The notes under the pieces: generated by a model
The model's database searches: none
The model's input: the letters and a program-made list of their open reading frames with translations, nothing else
Told to the model about the DNA's origin: nothing
Source of the DNA: Cirrosporium novae-zelandiae
Lineage: Eukaryota
Reading direction: 5' to 3'
Assembly (NCBI GenBank): GCA_026023565.1
Contig: JAPETS010000001.1
Span: 1-64,000, forward strand
DNA length: 64,000 bases
Shown here: piece after piece, positions 1 to 12,772 of the stretch
Numbering within the stretch: position 1 is the first letter of the stretch
Layout of the letters: each line of letters opens with the position of its first letter
Translations under genes and position numbers: made by a program

Positions 1-126
<126 letters not shown>

Positions 127-403
127 ATGTATGTATGGAAAGAAAAGGAAAGGAAAGGAAAGGAAAGCGTAACAAAGTAGACAAAAACGAGTGATTGATT
201 GATTGATCCAATGACGACTCCATTTCCTATCCAATCCAATCCCATCCAAACCCATCCTATCCAATATCCGCTTCCATCGTAATAAATAAAAAAATAAATA
301 AAAACGAAAGGCTAGAGTAAAAATAAAAAGATATTCCATCCTACAGTACTATTGAATCCATATCGGTTTATGATTTGATGGGTTCTTCTCCTCCTCGTGG
401 TAA

Positions 404-2200
404 TTACGGTTCCTTTCCGTTTACCTTTGCTTTCCTCCATGTCCCATGTCTGGGTTTGAGAAATGCTAGCCAGGTGTTTCGGAATTTGGGTTTGGAGGTT
501 GTTTCTACCTGTTGCTGTGGCTGTTGCTGAGGTTTTTTGTCACTGTCATTGTTATCTTGGATAGTTGCTTCGTCTAAGCTGCGGGGGTACTTGGATGTGA
601 ACATGGATTGTGACATGGATGTGGAAATCGAGGGATAAGGTTGAGTGTGAGTGAGGCCTGGACCTAGACCCAAGTTTGTTGGTCTAGAGATTGTGCTTTG
701 GTATCGTGCTTGTGATTGTAATCTCTTAGGATTTCTAGGTGGTAGTGCTGGTTTTGAGGAGAGATGGTCCAAGGACTGTATGAATCTCAGGGTGGGTGTG
801 GGTGTGGAAATCTGGGTTGAGGGATAAGATGTGTTTATCAAAGAAGTGAGAGAAGAAAGAGGAAGAGGTCCCGTTTTGTTTCGGTTTTCATTTTCATTCA
901 TCTCCCAGGGTGTGACATCAGATGCTCTCGATCTCGAACCGATGGTGGGATGAACCGTCTCTGGAGCTCCAGGACGTCGATGAACCTGCTGATTCTGACA
1001 CCGAGTCAAGTTTGGAGGTCGTGGTGGACGTTTTAGTATGGAAGGAGGTTGATATTCGTCTTCGCTGGATAGGGATAATTCCTTGGCTTCACTAGCAGGA
1101 AAAGCGTGCTCGCTCGCTCTAGGATTTCGTTTAATTTTTAGAGGCATTGGTAGGATATGTGGTCCGATATTGTTGAAGATGACGGTTTCGTCCAGCGGTG
1201 GCAGTTTGGGAGGTGCGGGTAAGGCAAAGTGGTTGGAGGTGATGTGATGAGAGTCGATTACGCCAAAGGTGTGGGTTTGAGATGCAGGTGTTGAATTAGA
1301 TGTGGTTGGTGTTGGTGGTTGGGTAAAATGCGCAGTTGGGACTTTTGGAAGTCTTGGTACATTTCCTATCAGTTTGGCTGGTAGAGAGGTTGTGGAATGA
1401 GTTTTGAACAATCTCTCTTGCTTGGTAGGAGAAGAATCTCCCATCCCTACATCACTTTTTATGCTGAAAATTGATCCCCTCCGTCCCCATTTGCGACTAC
1501 TATGAGAACTGATGGTTGAAACAGAGGTACTAGAAAGCGAATTATTTTTAAAACGGAGACTTGATACTCTCGAAGACGTTGATGATCGGCGCCGTTCTTT
1601 GTCTTTTTGTTTGATGCTTTCTGGAATTCCGTCCCAACTAGAGTTTACTTTTGGCACATGTGCTGGAAGCTTTGCTGACGAGACTGCAGATAAGCCAACC
1701 GCTGATACTCTCTTTGGTGTGGAAGCTCTTTCTCTCTGCATTTGTTGCTCGAGTTTATAAAAAGCTTCTGCTGATGGTTCTCGTGTGGTGAAGAAAGATA
1801 TAAGTGTTGATTTCCTTTTTCTGACAGGTACACTAGTTGATATTCTCTCAGCCGGATAAGAACCACGGGATGAATAGCTCGTGACAGATCCAGACCGAGG
1901 CTGAGATTCAATGACAGAAAATCGCTTCCTCGATTGATCTTTAGACGGTTGGGGCCCATCAGATGTATCAAAAGAATTAGTATCTGAATGTGGAGATACG
2001 GGTCTTGAACTGGGGAGTTGGGATCCTTGAGAAGTACCGAAAGTGACATTGGAAGATGGAGTTTGATTGCCATACTTCAACTTTGGCATTCGAAATTCAG
2101 GTGGACGGTTAATGGTTGGATCCGAGATTGCATTTCGATTTTTGTATTTCAGGTTCGGCATTCGTGGAGAAATAGGTTGTATGGGTGCGAATGTTGCCAT
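404..2200 (-). CDS. Hypothetical Ser/Pro-rich, probably disordered protein (598 aa)
   Basis: Long uninterrupted ORF. It has a protein-like core (STLISFFTTREPSAEAF...KLPAHVPKVNSSWDGIP) within low-complexity sequence; no recognisable domain. Confidence 0.75.
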   Translation of the reverse strand: MATFAPIQPISPRMPNLKYKNRNAISDPTINRPPEFRMPKLKYGNQTPSSNVTFGTSQGSQLPSSRPVSPHSDTNSFDTSDGPQPSKDQSRKRFSVIESQPRSGSVTSYSSRGSYPAERISTSVPVRKRKSTLISFFTTREPSAEAFYKLEQQMQRERASTPKRVSAVGLSAVSSAKLPAHVPKVNSSWDGIPESIKQKDKERRRSSTSSRVSSLRFKNNSLSSTSVSTISSHSSRKWGRRGSIFSIKSDVGMGDSSPTKQERLFKTHSTTSLPAKLIGNVPRLPKVPTAHFTQPPTPTTSNSTPASQTHTFGVIDSHHITSNHFALPAPPKLPPLDETVIFNNIGPHILPMPLKIKRNPRASEHAFPASEAKELSLSSEDEYQPPSILKRPPRPPNLTRCQNQQVHRRPGAPETVHPTIGSRSRASDVTPWEMNENENRNKTGPLPLSSLTSLINTSYPSTQISTPTPTLRFIQSLDHLSSKPALPPRNPKRLQSQARYQSTISRPTNLGLGPGLTHTQPYPSISTSMSQSMFTSKYPRSLDEATIQDNNDSDKKPQQQPQQQVETTSKPKFRNTWLAFLKPRHGTWRKAKVNGKEP

Positions 2201-3510
2201 GATATATCAGGCTGCGCACATCAAAACTCGAGTTAAGGGTAGAGGTCGTATGTATCCGAACACGGATGGTTCTATAGTCCAAAAAATAGGTCCTGCAGTT
2301 TATTAAGATGAAAGCAAATCATGTTTGTAATGGATGATTGATAAATGTGGAGTGGCTGTGAAGGAGTGAAGATCAATCTCAGAGTGAAGAGAAAGTAGAT
2401 TTAACAGATGATGAAATCAATAGATACAAAGCAACTACAGCAATTAATGAGAGTATTGGGACTGTGAGAAGGGAACTTGGTTGGGAACTTGGTTTGTAAC
2501 GGGTTATCAAGCTTAGGATGTGATGGATTCAATAGATCCAATAGGGGACAATTATGCATATTAGCTTTGAGTAATCTGTCTATTGTTACTTTTCTTATTT
2601 GTGGAAACTAGATAAGAACCTGGATTTGTGTGGCAGACCTGTGGTTGAGGTACTCGAGAGCAGCTGAAAGATAGATGTTGACGTGGTGGTGATCCTGTTG
2701 GAGGCCCTCCCAGAGGCCCTCCTAGAGGCCCTGTTAGACTGGAGGTGTCAGGCCTGTCAGAAAACGATGTCGGAACTCAAAGCCAGCCATACCCGTCGCT
2801 CTATTGATAGCAACCAAACAAACCAAACAAGGCTGGATAAATCCTTGTGCATGTGATTCTAGTAATAAAGTCTTTTGAGTTGCATAAATACAAAGTACAA
2901 AAGTGGAGATTTGATACATTTCAGCTATCCCGCATGCCAAGCTTTTCTCTGGTTGGAAATAGAAAGATTACCTGGCACAAATTCTTTTTTTTTTCTCTTT
3001 TTTTTCTTTTAGTCTACTATTTTTCCTGGGGAGGTAGGTTTTTAAGTTAAATTATTATTAAAACCCGATTTTGAAAACCCGAAAGTAAATCATATGGTGA
3101 ATGCGACTCACCCTCATTGTAGTTAACATATTAGAATTAGTTTCGAGCATAGAACGTTTTTGCGGAATATAACTAGTACTTCTTCCTCTATAAATCAATA
3201 TATTTTTTACATCACACTTTTAACCCCCAATACGTGGAGATCCGAGTTTGTGAGTCCTGGGGTCAGCGTGCCTAGGTAACCTTTGGAAACACGCCCCAGT
3301 CACGTGCTAGTATCATCAACATCATCCGAGACTGATGAGATTCATCTATTCATCAATTCAATCAAGAATCAAAATATCATTCATTTGGTTGATTATCGAT
3401 TATTATCTTCCCTTTAATTTTCTATGATAAAAAAACAATCCCAAAAAACCATTTCACCATGTGTATACTTTTACCTATGATGATAACAGCCTCGTCATTA
3501 CATCCCAGTC

Positions 3511-4332
3511 ATGGCCGAATCAACCATACCTAATGCGGACTATCCAGAACGCTCTTCAACCCCACAGAGGCCACCCTTCTCTCCCATTACTCCAACATTA
3601 CCTCAATCCCAACTCGCCATGACATCCAATTTCTCCTCTTCTGTCGGGTCCGAACCTGAACCACGCTCATCACAAGACCCTCCATCTGAAACATCCAAAT
3701 TCATCCAGGAACCGGATTCATTACCAATCGACCAAGATGACAATGTCGATATTATGGCTTTACAATCCGCCCTTGGAATACTTCAAAACCAGAGACTACA
3801 AAGTATTCAGGATATGAAACAGTTACGCGACATTAAAAAGGCTGTGATTGCTGATCCTATCATGTTCACCGAGGAGCTGATTGCAGCTCAAACCAGACCC
3901 TTGGAAGAGGACAAGCTTGGCCTTGGTCCCAGACGTCGTGTCAGTTCCAGTTCGGATAGCGAAGATAGCGAAGACGAACGCCAGAATGGATCCAATTCAA
4001 TGTTACACCGTTCAACCAGACCCGCATACAATGGTTTCCCTGAACCTCAAAATATCGTTCGATGCCCACCAATCAACTGGGCAAAATATCATATTGTCGG
4101 AGAGTCTTTGGATAAATTACATGAAGAACAAAGGTCAAGACCATATGGTGGAAGGGGAAAACAAACTACTCGCGCACCCAAGCATCACATTTTAGCGCCC
4201 TATGATCCCATAGAAGACAAATTTGATGATCTATCTACAAAAACATTAGCCATGTCAAAACCGGTGGAAGATAAACATGATTCATCAACACGAAGATCAA
4301 GCGGTTCGAAGCCCAATCGATTCGAAAATTAA
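3511..4332 (+). CDS. Conserved-looking fungal hypothetical protein (273 aa)
   Basis: Single-exon ORF with a coiled segment (DIMALQSALGILQNQR...) and PEPQNIVRCPPINWAKYHIVGESLDKLHEEQR, which I recall from uncharacterised ascomycete proteins. Confidence 0.8.
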   Translation: MAESTIPNADYPERSSTPQRPPFSPITPTLPQSQLAMTSNFSSSVGSEPEPRSSQDPPSETSKFIQEPDSLPIDQDDNVDIMALQSALGILQNQRLQSIQDMKQLRDIKKAVIADPIMFTEELIAAQTRPLEEDKLGLGPRRRVSSSSDSEDSEDERQNGSNSMLHRSTRPAYNGFPEPQNIVRCPPINWAKYHIVGESLDKLHEEQRSRPYGGRGKQTTRAPKHHILAPYDPIEDKFDDLSTKTLAMSKPVEDKHDSSTRRSSGSKPNRFEN

Positions 4333-5380
4333 ATGCGATCCGAATAATATAGATCAGTCTTGGGCATCGCTGACATTTGTGTGCATGGTTACCATCTTCA
4401 CTCAATATTCTAGTCATGCAAGGTGGCGTTTTGATTGCAAGCTGCGAATTCCAATTAAATTGGCAATTTGTTGATGCGACAATTGCTCCAGAAATGGAAT
4501 TTCATGATACACGGCTGTTATCATTGACTCCTCTGAGTGAATATGTACATTCGGTCTTGACAGCTTCAACAGAGGGCCTATGAAGCCTCTGTAAAATATT
4601 TGGTCGAAGATGAGGACACTAGGCTTACCGTTCTGGCGTTACTACTCCGCTGTATACATGGCGAAGGTTTTATGAATTTTCCTGACTTTGGCGTATTTGG
4701 ACATTAGGGCTTTTGTATTCTAGGAGAGAACTTGAAAGATACCCAAAATGAGAATTTAACAATAGGAAATTGAATCATTCGGATTCGCTTTTCTCGGTGT
4801 TCTAGGAGGATATCGAATGAAGCTAAAGCCAGATTTAGTGCTATTCAATGCATGAAGAGTAGGGTATTAGTTTGTCAAAGTAAGAATGACTGCCGAGTAC
4901 TTGCAAACACGTCGGATGTTAACAGTTCGCCGAGATCTAGACAGCATGACAGGAGGATTCAGATGTTTAGAGTGACGGTGATATTCCCTAACCCGTTTGT
5001 GCCGTTTGTTTCAAGAAATGATGTCACAGAAGTACACAATGTACGTCATATCCTTTACATCTCTCTGGCTCGAGAACTGTTCCAAATACCTTTTCTTCTA
5101 CAATTTCTCCTCCTATGCTATTGTGAATTTCAATTGAGGGATACATCTCAATTTCATCATTCGAAAAGAGGAAAGGAAAATTAAAATATTTCTCACTTCA
5201 TCTGATATCCAGAGCTGCTAATCTAACACTTGGACTACATTGTCATTATAATCTCCTCTTCTCAACAATAGCAACGATAATAACGAACCACCTCCGCCAA
5301 CATCTCCTCAACGCACTCGCACGAACCAAACTAAACAAAACTCCCCATCTACCATATGCAACCCACCACAAAAAACGAAA

Positions 5381-5887
5381 ATGAACACCTCCCCCATTGC
5401 ACCCTCCCAACCTCCCAAGGAAACCGCCTACACCACACCCTCCAACCCCACAACGACACAACCCGCCGAAGACAAAGCCGCCTCCGCCTCCACCACTTTC
5501 AGTTCCAACTCCAGTTCAAAAAACCCTCCACCCCCAACCGATCACCGAACCCCACACTCTATCCCCTCCACCACTTCAGACTCACAACCTCAACCCACAT
5601 CCCTAGGATACGGTACCCACTCCCCACTTCCACCCATCTCTAATTCCCAATCTCAACCCTCACCCGACGGCTCCCAGATGCATCCTCCCGGTGAAGGCAA
5701 AGTCTACAAACAGCAATTAGAAAAACATAATCGAGGATTTGGGGAACAGGAAGATTTGGCAGGGGAGCTGGAGAGGAAGAAAAATGAGCAGAGGGGGGAG
5801 AGGGAGGAGGTGAAGGAGGCTAGGGGTATGGAGAGGAGAGGGGAAGGGGGGGTTGATGTTGGAGAAGTGTTGGAGCGGAGGGGGTAA
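5381..5887 (+). CDS. Small hypothetical protein (168 aa); S/T/P-rich N-terminus, charged C-terminus
   Basis: ATG in an AAAATG context. The C-terminal half (QMHPPGEGKV...GFGEQEDLAGELERKKNEQ) is protein-like. Confidence 0.6.
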   Translation: MNTSPIAPSQPPKETAYTTPSNPTTTQPAEDKAASASTTFSSNSSSKNPPPPTDHRTPHSIPSTTSDSQPQPTSLGYGTHSPLPPISNSQSQPSPDGSQMHPPGEGKVYKQQLEKHNRGFGEQEDLAGELERKKNEQRGEREEVKEARGMERRGEGGVDVGEVLERRG

Positions 5888-8479
5888 GGAGGAATAATAG
5901 GTGTGGGGGTGTAAGGAGGGCGTGGTAGGTATAAGGGGGGGAAGGTAGGGGCCGTGATACTATACCGGGAGGTAAGCTACCGCAGTAACAGTAACAACAA
6001 AAACACTCGTTACCTCCGAATCGAAAAGCACCTGGCTACTTTCCGCGCATACATGGACTCGACATCCCCAAGCCACCCAATCACTCAACCACCCAACTTA
6101 CAGCTAGAAATCCAAATCGACCCCTAGATTGAAAATATAAACGTTTCAAAAGCAGCGATGTTAGCTGTACTATACAATCAGAAATCCCGAGCATATTTTT
6201 TTTTCAACCTCTCTAAATGAAAAGGGACGACCGTGGATTGTATTCAATATCCCCCCCCTAACCACCACAAAACCTCAAACCCCAAACCACCCACCCAAGC
6301 ACCCAAGCACCCAAGCATCAACCCAATCGCCTACCCTACCCAAACTTATCCCAAATACCCACCCCAACCCAAACCCTCCTCTCGGATAACAAGATAAGAT
6401 AATAAGGTTAGATCCATAACCTTCCCCTTACCTCCCTACCTCCCTACCTCCCTACCCCCTACCTCCATATTTATCTTCCATCCCAGAAATATTCTTGCTA
6501 CCTAGGTAGTTATAATAATAATAACAGCAAACGATATTCATTTACAGATCTATAAAAATAAAACAAAATCTTAATACTTGCTTTCTTTGACATATATATA
6601 TATAGATATATAAAATACACATAGAAAAAAATAGTACGAAATAAACATCAACCACTAATATTTAATATTAGCATCACTAACATGGCGGCCGGCCAGTCGG
6701 TTAGTTGGTTGAATCGGGAATCCAAGATTCTGGTATTCTAATACATGGTTAAAAAAGTTGAGATTGGAAATAAAAAATAGGAAATGAGGAAATGAGGAAA
6801 TGAAAAGTATAGGATAGGATAGGATAGGTGATGGTGGGTGTTTGGGGAGGGAGGGGGGGAAGAGGGGAAGAGGGGAAATAATAAACTGTGAACCTGGATT
6901 GAATTGAATTGAAAATAATTAGGGATAGGGGTAGGAGTAGGGAGTAGAGGGGGGGGGGTTAGTGGTTACTACATTACATACATGGACTTGGGTATTTATT
7001 TATGTTTTTATGTTTGATGTATAATCGACGTTAGTTAATAAAATAAATAAATAAAATAAATTTATGCATAGGTTAATTGGTTGGTTGGTTGTATAGTTTA
7101 GTTTAGTCGATATGTTGTAGTTTGTCTTGTTGTTGTTGGTTATTTGGTTCTGTGGATGTGGATGAATGGATGGCTTTTCCTCTAGATCTACTGTAAATCC
7201 ATCCATCCATCCCCCTATCCCCCCCTTTTTCTATCATGATAAATTCACTGTTTTATGTCTATTCACATGCCGTCCCCTTTTTCCATTCCCCCCTTGTAAC
7301 TTTTTACCAAAACTCCAAATTTCACATCTCCATCTTCACACCTCACTGGATTTTTATTATCATAGAGTTAAACAATAATAATAAATAATAAGGTACAACA
7401 ACAAAACAAATGCTCTCATCTTATAAACCCCCCCCTCCTTGAGCTCTCAATGTCCACGGAACCTGCATCACAGAATTTGGATTCGAATCAATCAGAATCA
7501 CAATCACAATCTGGATCAGAATCCGATAAAGCTCAAGGTCAAGAAATCAAATAAAAATCAAATCGATCAATCAAACGCGCCAGCCAGCTCCATTCTTTCT
7601 GTCTTTGTTGCTGTTTTTATTTTTTGTCCCCCCCCAAACCCCTAAACCCATCCCAAATCCATCCCATCCCATCCCATCCCGTCCCAACCCCCGTACCCCC
7701 GTCCTCAGCTCCAGTTTCCATTAACTCAATAAAAAAACCTCGCAGGAACATTTCTTTTTTCGAAATCCATAAGTCCATAAATAAGCCATGCAAACCTCCA
7801 TTTCGCACAAAAGTTTCTTGATAGGATCAAATTCCATGCTCATGATAACGCCTTCGACCCGGATCTCATTACCAAATAAAAGGAAAAGAAAAAAAAATCA
7901 TACTGGAATAGGTCATTTTAAACCTTCAAACCCCAAGGAGGAATGAATCATTCCATCGGGATACTTCCAGACTGATAAAGACATGGAATCAAAGGTATTA
8001 AGGTAAGATCCGTTTGCGGAAACTACTCCATTGGATAACAGGAACTTTTTGAGGATGTCGTAGCTGAGAGGAGATATAATTGATTGACTTTTCTGAACTT
8101 GAAGGTAGACTTCATCTCAGGGAGCGTCGATTATCGCTACATACCTGAATAAGAGAAAAGTTTCAACGGCTGGAAAGCTGCTAACAATTCAATTGCCAAC
8201 GGTTCAACCGAATAGCTCTTACGATGCCAAGTCATTTAGCAAGTCAGGTCAATCAACTACCACCTGCAGCAGTATTAAGACTCTTCGTTGTCCCGCACTG
8301 ATAATCGGATTATCGTGATTCAATGGAATATTCCGCTGTCATTGGTCGTAAGCGTAATGCTGGAATGACTTCTCAGAAGCAGAACTGAAAGCACTTTTCA
8401 TAAATAATACACATCAAGGCCGAAGGCACGGCTCGGTGAAGAATTAATGTTTGCACGTGACTTTTATGGCAATAGGTAG

Positions 8480-10312
8480 TCAAAGATTTCCATTCGTGTA
8501 TTGGATACCATTCATGGCCGAACTAGTCCCTCGCTGAGGGTCTCTAGAGTCATTTGAATATTGGATTCCATTCATCGATGATGAAAGTGGCTGAATACCA
8601 TGCGAACCTCCGGCTCCATTCATTAGCGGAGGTAAAGGTCGGGGATTTTCGTGATCTGGAGGACCAAAGGGATTTGGCTGGTTCCATCTTTGGGGCTCTC
8701 GTTCAAATGCTTGGATGCTGGGGATCGAAACTCCCTTGACTTGTTCGGCAATTCGTTGAATCTGAGCTTTCAGTTCATGATTCTCGGCTTGCAAGGACTG
8801 GCACTCGGCTTGGAGATGAGCAATATGTCGTGACTCCTCCATGACGCGCTCGTTTTCAAGGCGGGAATTTTGATCTCGACGCATCGCCTCAAGCTTGTTG
8901 ACTTGAGCGTCGAGATTGTTGATGGTTTCAATGGCTAAAATAATGAGCTCCGATCGTGAAAGGATGGACGACGACGATGGCCGCAACGAAGCTTACCTCG
9001 AGCCAAGATTTCCCATTTGCTAGACCTTACTGCGGAGCCAGGAAGCCGAGCCCGCAAAGCCTCGAAAAGATCCTTCATCTCGCTGCGACGTTTGCGCTCT
9101 GCGAGTTTGTGCGTTTGTCGCAATTCAGGGGTACGGCTATACGGGAGCGTCCCGTTAGGCGAGTCAGGTTCGCCAATTAACTTGGACACCTGACTATGTT
9201 GAAGCGAGTGATGATGGGTGCCAGGAAGTTCTGCGGGATCTTTGGTCACATTTTCGCCCTCTGGGACGGAAAGCAATTGTCCTTGCGAGAACTTACCTCT
9301 TTGCCCTGATGGTAGCCGAGTGTCTTGGCTCATCTGGCTAACACTACTTGTAAACGATTGCGCCAAGCTTGCTCTCCGAGAAAGTTGAGCAGAGGGTCGT
9401 TCCCCTTCTGCTGTGGCGTCGCTGCTGCTGGAACGAGGCGCAGCTTCCGGATCAGGAAAAGCCCATGCCTTGCTATAGGTTGGATTTTCGGCATTGTATA
9501 TCTCGGGGCGAGGGTTTGTTGAAATTGCTGGGGCCTGTTTGGTTATCGATCCGCTATTGCGATCCCGGGGCCCAAGCGGTGAAAGGGGCTGCTGGCTGTT
9601 GCTCAGCCGTGGTACGTGGAAACCCTGCGGAATCCCTCGTTCGCGGGCAAGATTCGACGTCAGGGAAGCTTGAGAGGCATTGTTGCTCGCATAAGGGGAT
9701 GGCGTATTCAACGCCAGGGCATTCATCCCAGAATGCATTCGACTATCCACGCTATTCCTTCGAGACTCATGGTCGATGCTGTTTCGGGATTGAGGGCCAT
9801 CGTACCCCTGAGTTAAAGAAGGTAGCAGGTTCGGAGGGTCCTGGTTAAAGTTTGGCGAATGTTGAGATAACGTTCCACCATTGGCATACTGGTAGTTATG
9901 GTCTGGCGGATGGGGCGCGGATTGTCTGTTGGGGGGGGATGAATTGGAGTCGACATATGACTGGTATCCACTGACACAGTTTGAGTATGCTGATGATCCT
10001 AAGATTGCGATTAGTCGAATCTATGGAAATCTTGTCACAGTTGATTCGCAACTAGATCATGGCACCAGACAATGGCTAGGTACCCAAGGCCACGAGCAAA
10101 CGACAGATTTAAAAAATAGACGGCTTACGTGCGCTGGGAGGCATGGACCAATTACCTGAATCCCTTTGCTCTGGGGATCCATCTTTGGAAGAATGTTGTA
10201 CCCCATAAGGCGACGGTGCACTTTGGGGCAGGTTCGCGGTCAATGTAGATATGGAAGGCAATACTCTTTCATTTTGTCGTGGGGTGCTCGAGAGGCCGAC
10301 TGGACCATCCAT
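8480..10312 (-). CDS. devR: bHLH transcription factor, DevR/Esc1-like; exons 10312-10129, 9998-9297, 9239-8997, 8934-8480
   Basis: Spliced bHLH YSRTPELRQTHKLAERKRRSEMKDLFEALRARLP...SSKWEILAR|AIETINNL resembles S. pombe Esc1 / A. nidulans DevR. All three GT-AG introns preserve frame. Orthology is not tested. Confidence 0.85.
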
Positions 10313-11164
10313 GATGGCTATCGCGCACAACTGCTGATCTTGTCAATTAAAAATTCATCTTGAAAGCAGAATCAAACCTACCCGAAGAGCAGATGGAGTA
10401 AAGTTCTGTAAAGATCCGACCGGCAAGAAAGTTCAAGTCGGCTTTCGAATGGAGCTTTCTTGACAACGCTGGAATATTTCTCCCCTCGTGGTACACGCGC
10501 AAACCGAGCAACCTCAACAGTCAACGGCGAAGTATGCCAGGTTAAAAAGTCACCACATGGACGCAACGTGAGTGAATGTGGTGTTGTCGAAACGAATTAA
10601 AAGGTCAGAGAATGTCGGTTCCTTTCAACGCACTATGGACTGAAGAACTTGTCCAAGACCTTGATTCCCGAAAATTATTTTCTCGAGTGATTGGTGTAAA
10701 ATTGATAATGAAGGAGGCTTATTCGTAGGATCGGGAATTTGGTGAAGGAGAGCTGCAGATGTAAGCAGAGGTTGGCGAGATTATTCGACTCTAGCCTGGT
10801 GTAATGCGACAAGGCGAGATGCTTGGATCACGAAGATGTTGAACTATTGACCCAATTGCACGTTTTGATGAAATAGAGAATGAAAGATGAAGAGATTGTT
10901 CGATTTCATCAATTGTAATTGAGATAATGTACCTGAACAATTGGGTAGAAAGAGGGATGGACGATGGACGATAGTCGATGGACGAGAGAAGGTCGGTAAG
11001 GTTGGTCAGATTTAGGTCGAGGGGGGGTGATGGTGGTCAAGGTGAATTAGAGAATGAGAGTGAGTGAGTGAGAGAAGTAGTTTAGGTGTAGAGGCGCAGA
11101 AGGTTGTGGAGGAGTTGTGTGGTGGGAATGCGTGGAGCGACTTTGGAAGGAGATTGTTGGAAGG

Positions 11165-11243
11165 GTGTAGGTATAGGTAGGTATAGGTAGGTAGTAGGTA
11201 GTAAGTAGTAAGTAGTAAGTAGTAAGTAGTAAGTAGTAAGTAG
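11165..11243. repeat. (GTAG)n / (AGTAAGT)n simple repeats
   Basis: Directly visible tandem units. Confidence 0.85.
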
Positions 11244-12670
11244 ACAAGTCGTCTAATGGATTAATGGGTGGGTTAATGGGATGGTTAATGGTAAAATGCG
11301 GGGGGTGCCGTGGGAAAGCCGTGGACGAGGTTTAGCTGAAATGTAGTGGACGTAGTGGACGTAGTGGACTGTAGCATGGAGACCGTGGTTTTTTTAGTCT
11401 GCATGGGCTTGGATGGGAATATAGATAACTCCAAGTACCTTAGGGGAGAGAGGCAAAGAATAAAGCAATCATTTACTGAGCACTTAGGTGTCTACCGTTG
11501 AGTCAATTAACGCCCTGCACGGACTACTGTAGAAGGTATGGGGACCGATGCATCTTTTATTATACTTTTTTTGCCTGGAACATGTCAAAGATCTTTTTGT
11601 TTTTTCCTATCAATTATCCTATGCCTAATGTCAGTCGGAAACTTGCACTTTTACAACTGTTGATTTCCTTCTTTGAATCCTCTCTACTTTGAATCACCGG
11701 AGAACTAGGTATTCAAGAACCAAAGGTTCCAGAAACAGACCAAGAGCTAATGGTGGAAGTAATGGCCGACGGTAATGGTCCAAGTGCCTGGATTGGTCAA
11801 AGGTCTTGGATCAACCAAAGAAGGATTTAGGGGCCTTGGGCACTCATACGGGAACACAATACAAGGTTGATAAATGAGGTAGTAGAACTATCTCTTTTTT
11901 TTTCCATGGATCCATGGATAATAGTCCATAGTCCATAGTCCACAGTCCACAATCCACGGTTGTTCACCAGAGTTTAAAAAAAAATCAAAAAATCAAAAGA
12001 GGGGCACTTGTTTCCCTTTCCTTTCCTTTCCTTTCCTTTCCTTTTCCAACATTATAATCAGAACCATGACCATGTTAAATGTTGCTAGAATCAATCATCT
12101 TTCTAGAATTTACCGAGGCAGACCAAATCTACATAAACTAGTCGAGTAGTACTGTTGTACAGGTACATGATGTACTCGAGTAGTTATCTCATCCTTCTGG
12201 GGTAATGGCTGGCAAAGGAAATAAGCCGGCCACACTATCCTGTTTACTATCACGGCATGACTTTTTAGGATTTGGGGCATTTGGGCACTTGGGCATTTGG
12301 ACCTGATAGGGAAAGTGGAGAATCTAAGAAAAGAGGTAACCTTGCCGACGATAAGGAAGAGAGCTTAGCAAAAGAATACTTGAATGTTGAATGAATAGTA
12401 GTAGGACGAGAAGCGGGAAGGATCTCGATTGAACAAGTAAGTAACTGATAATCAGTATGACATCTCAAATAATGGGATGTTTTTCTTCGAGTAAGTCGAA
12501 CCCCTAAAAAGAGCTCCTTGCATCAGATGTCCTCGTGGCTGGAAAAGTTAGTTGGAGTTGATCCAATGATTGATTACTATCCAGTGTGCCTGCCACATGC
12601 TGACCCAGGATTATCGATTTACTTAGGTCTTATCCGTACGGCCCTATTATAATTCCGGCGCAATCATCAC

Positions 12671-12772
12671 TCGCACATTCGAACATTCGAACATTCGCAC
12701 ATTCGCACATTCGCACATTCGCACATCGCACATTCGCACATTCGCACACTCGCTTCACATTCGCTTCACATT
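12671..12772. repeat. Imperfect 8-bp tandem repeat (CGCACATT)n
   Basis: About 12 units of cgcacatt, with cgaacatt and cgcttcacatt variants. Confidence 0.9.

Noticed and set aside
12671..12772. CRISPR-like array
   Set aside because: Contiguous 8-bp units with no spacers, eukaryotic context and no cas genes.
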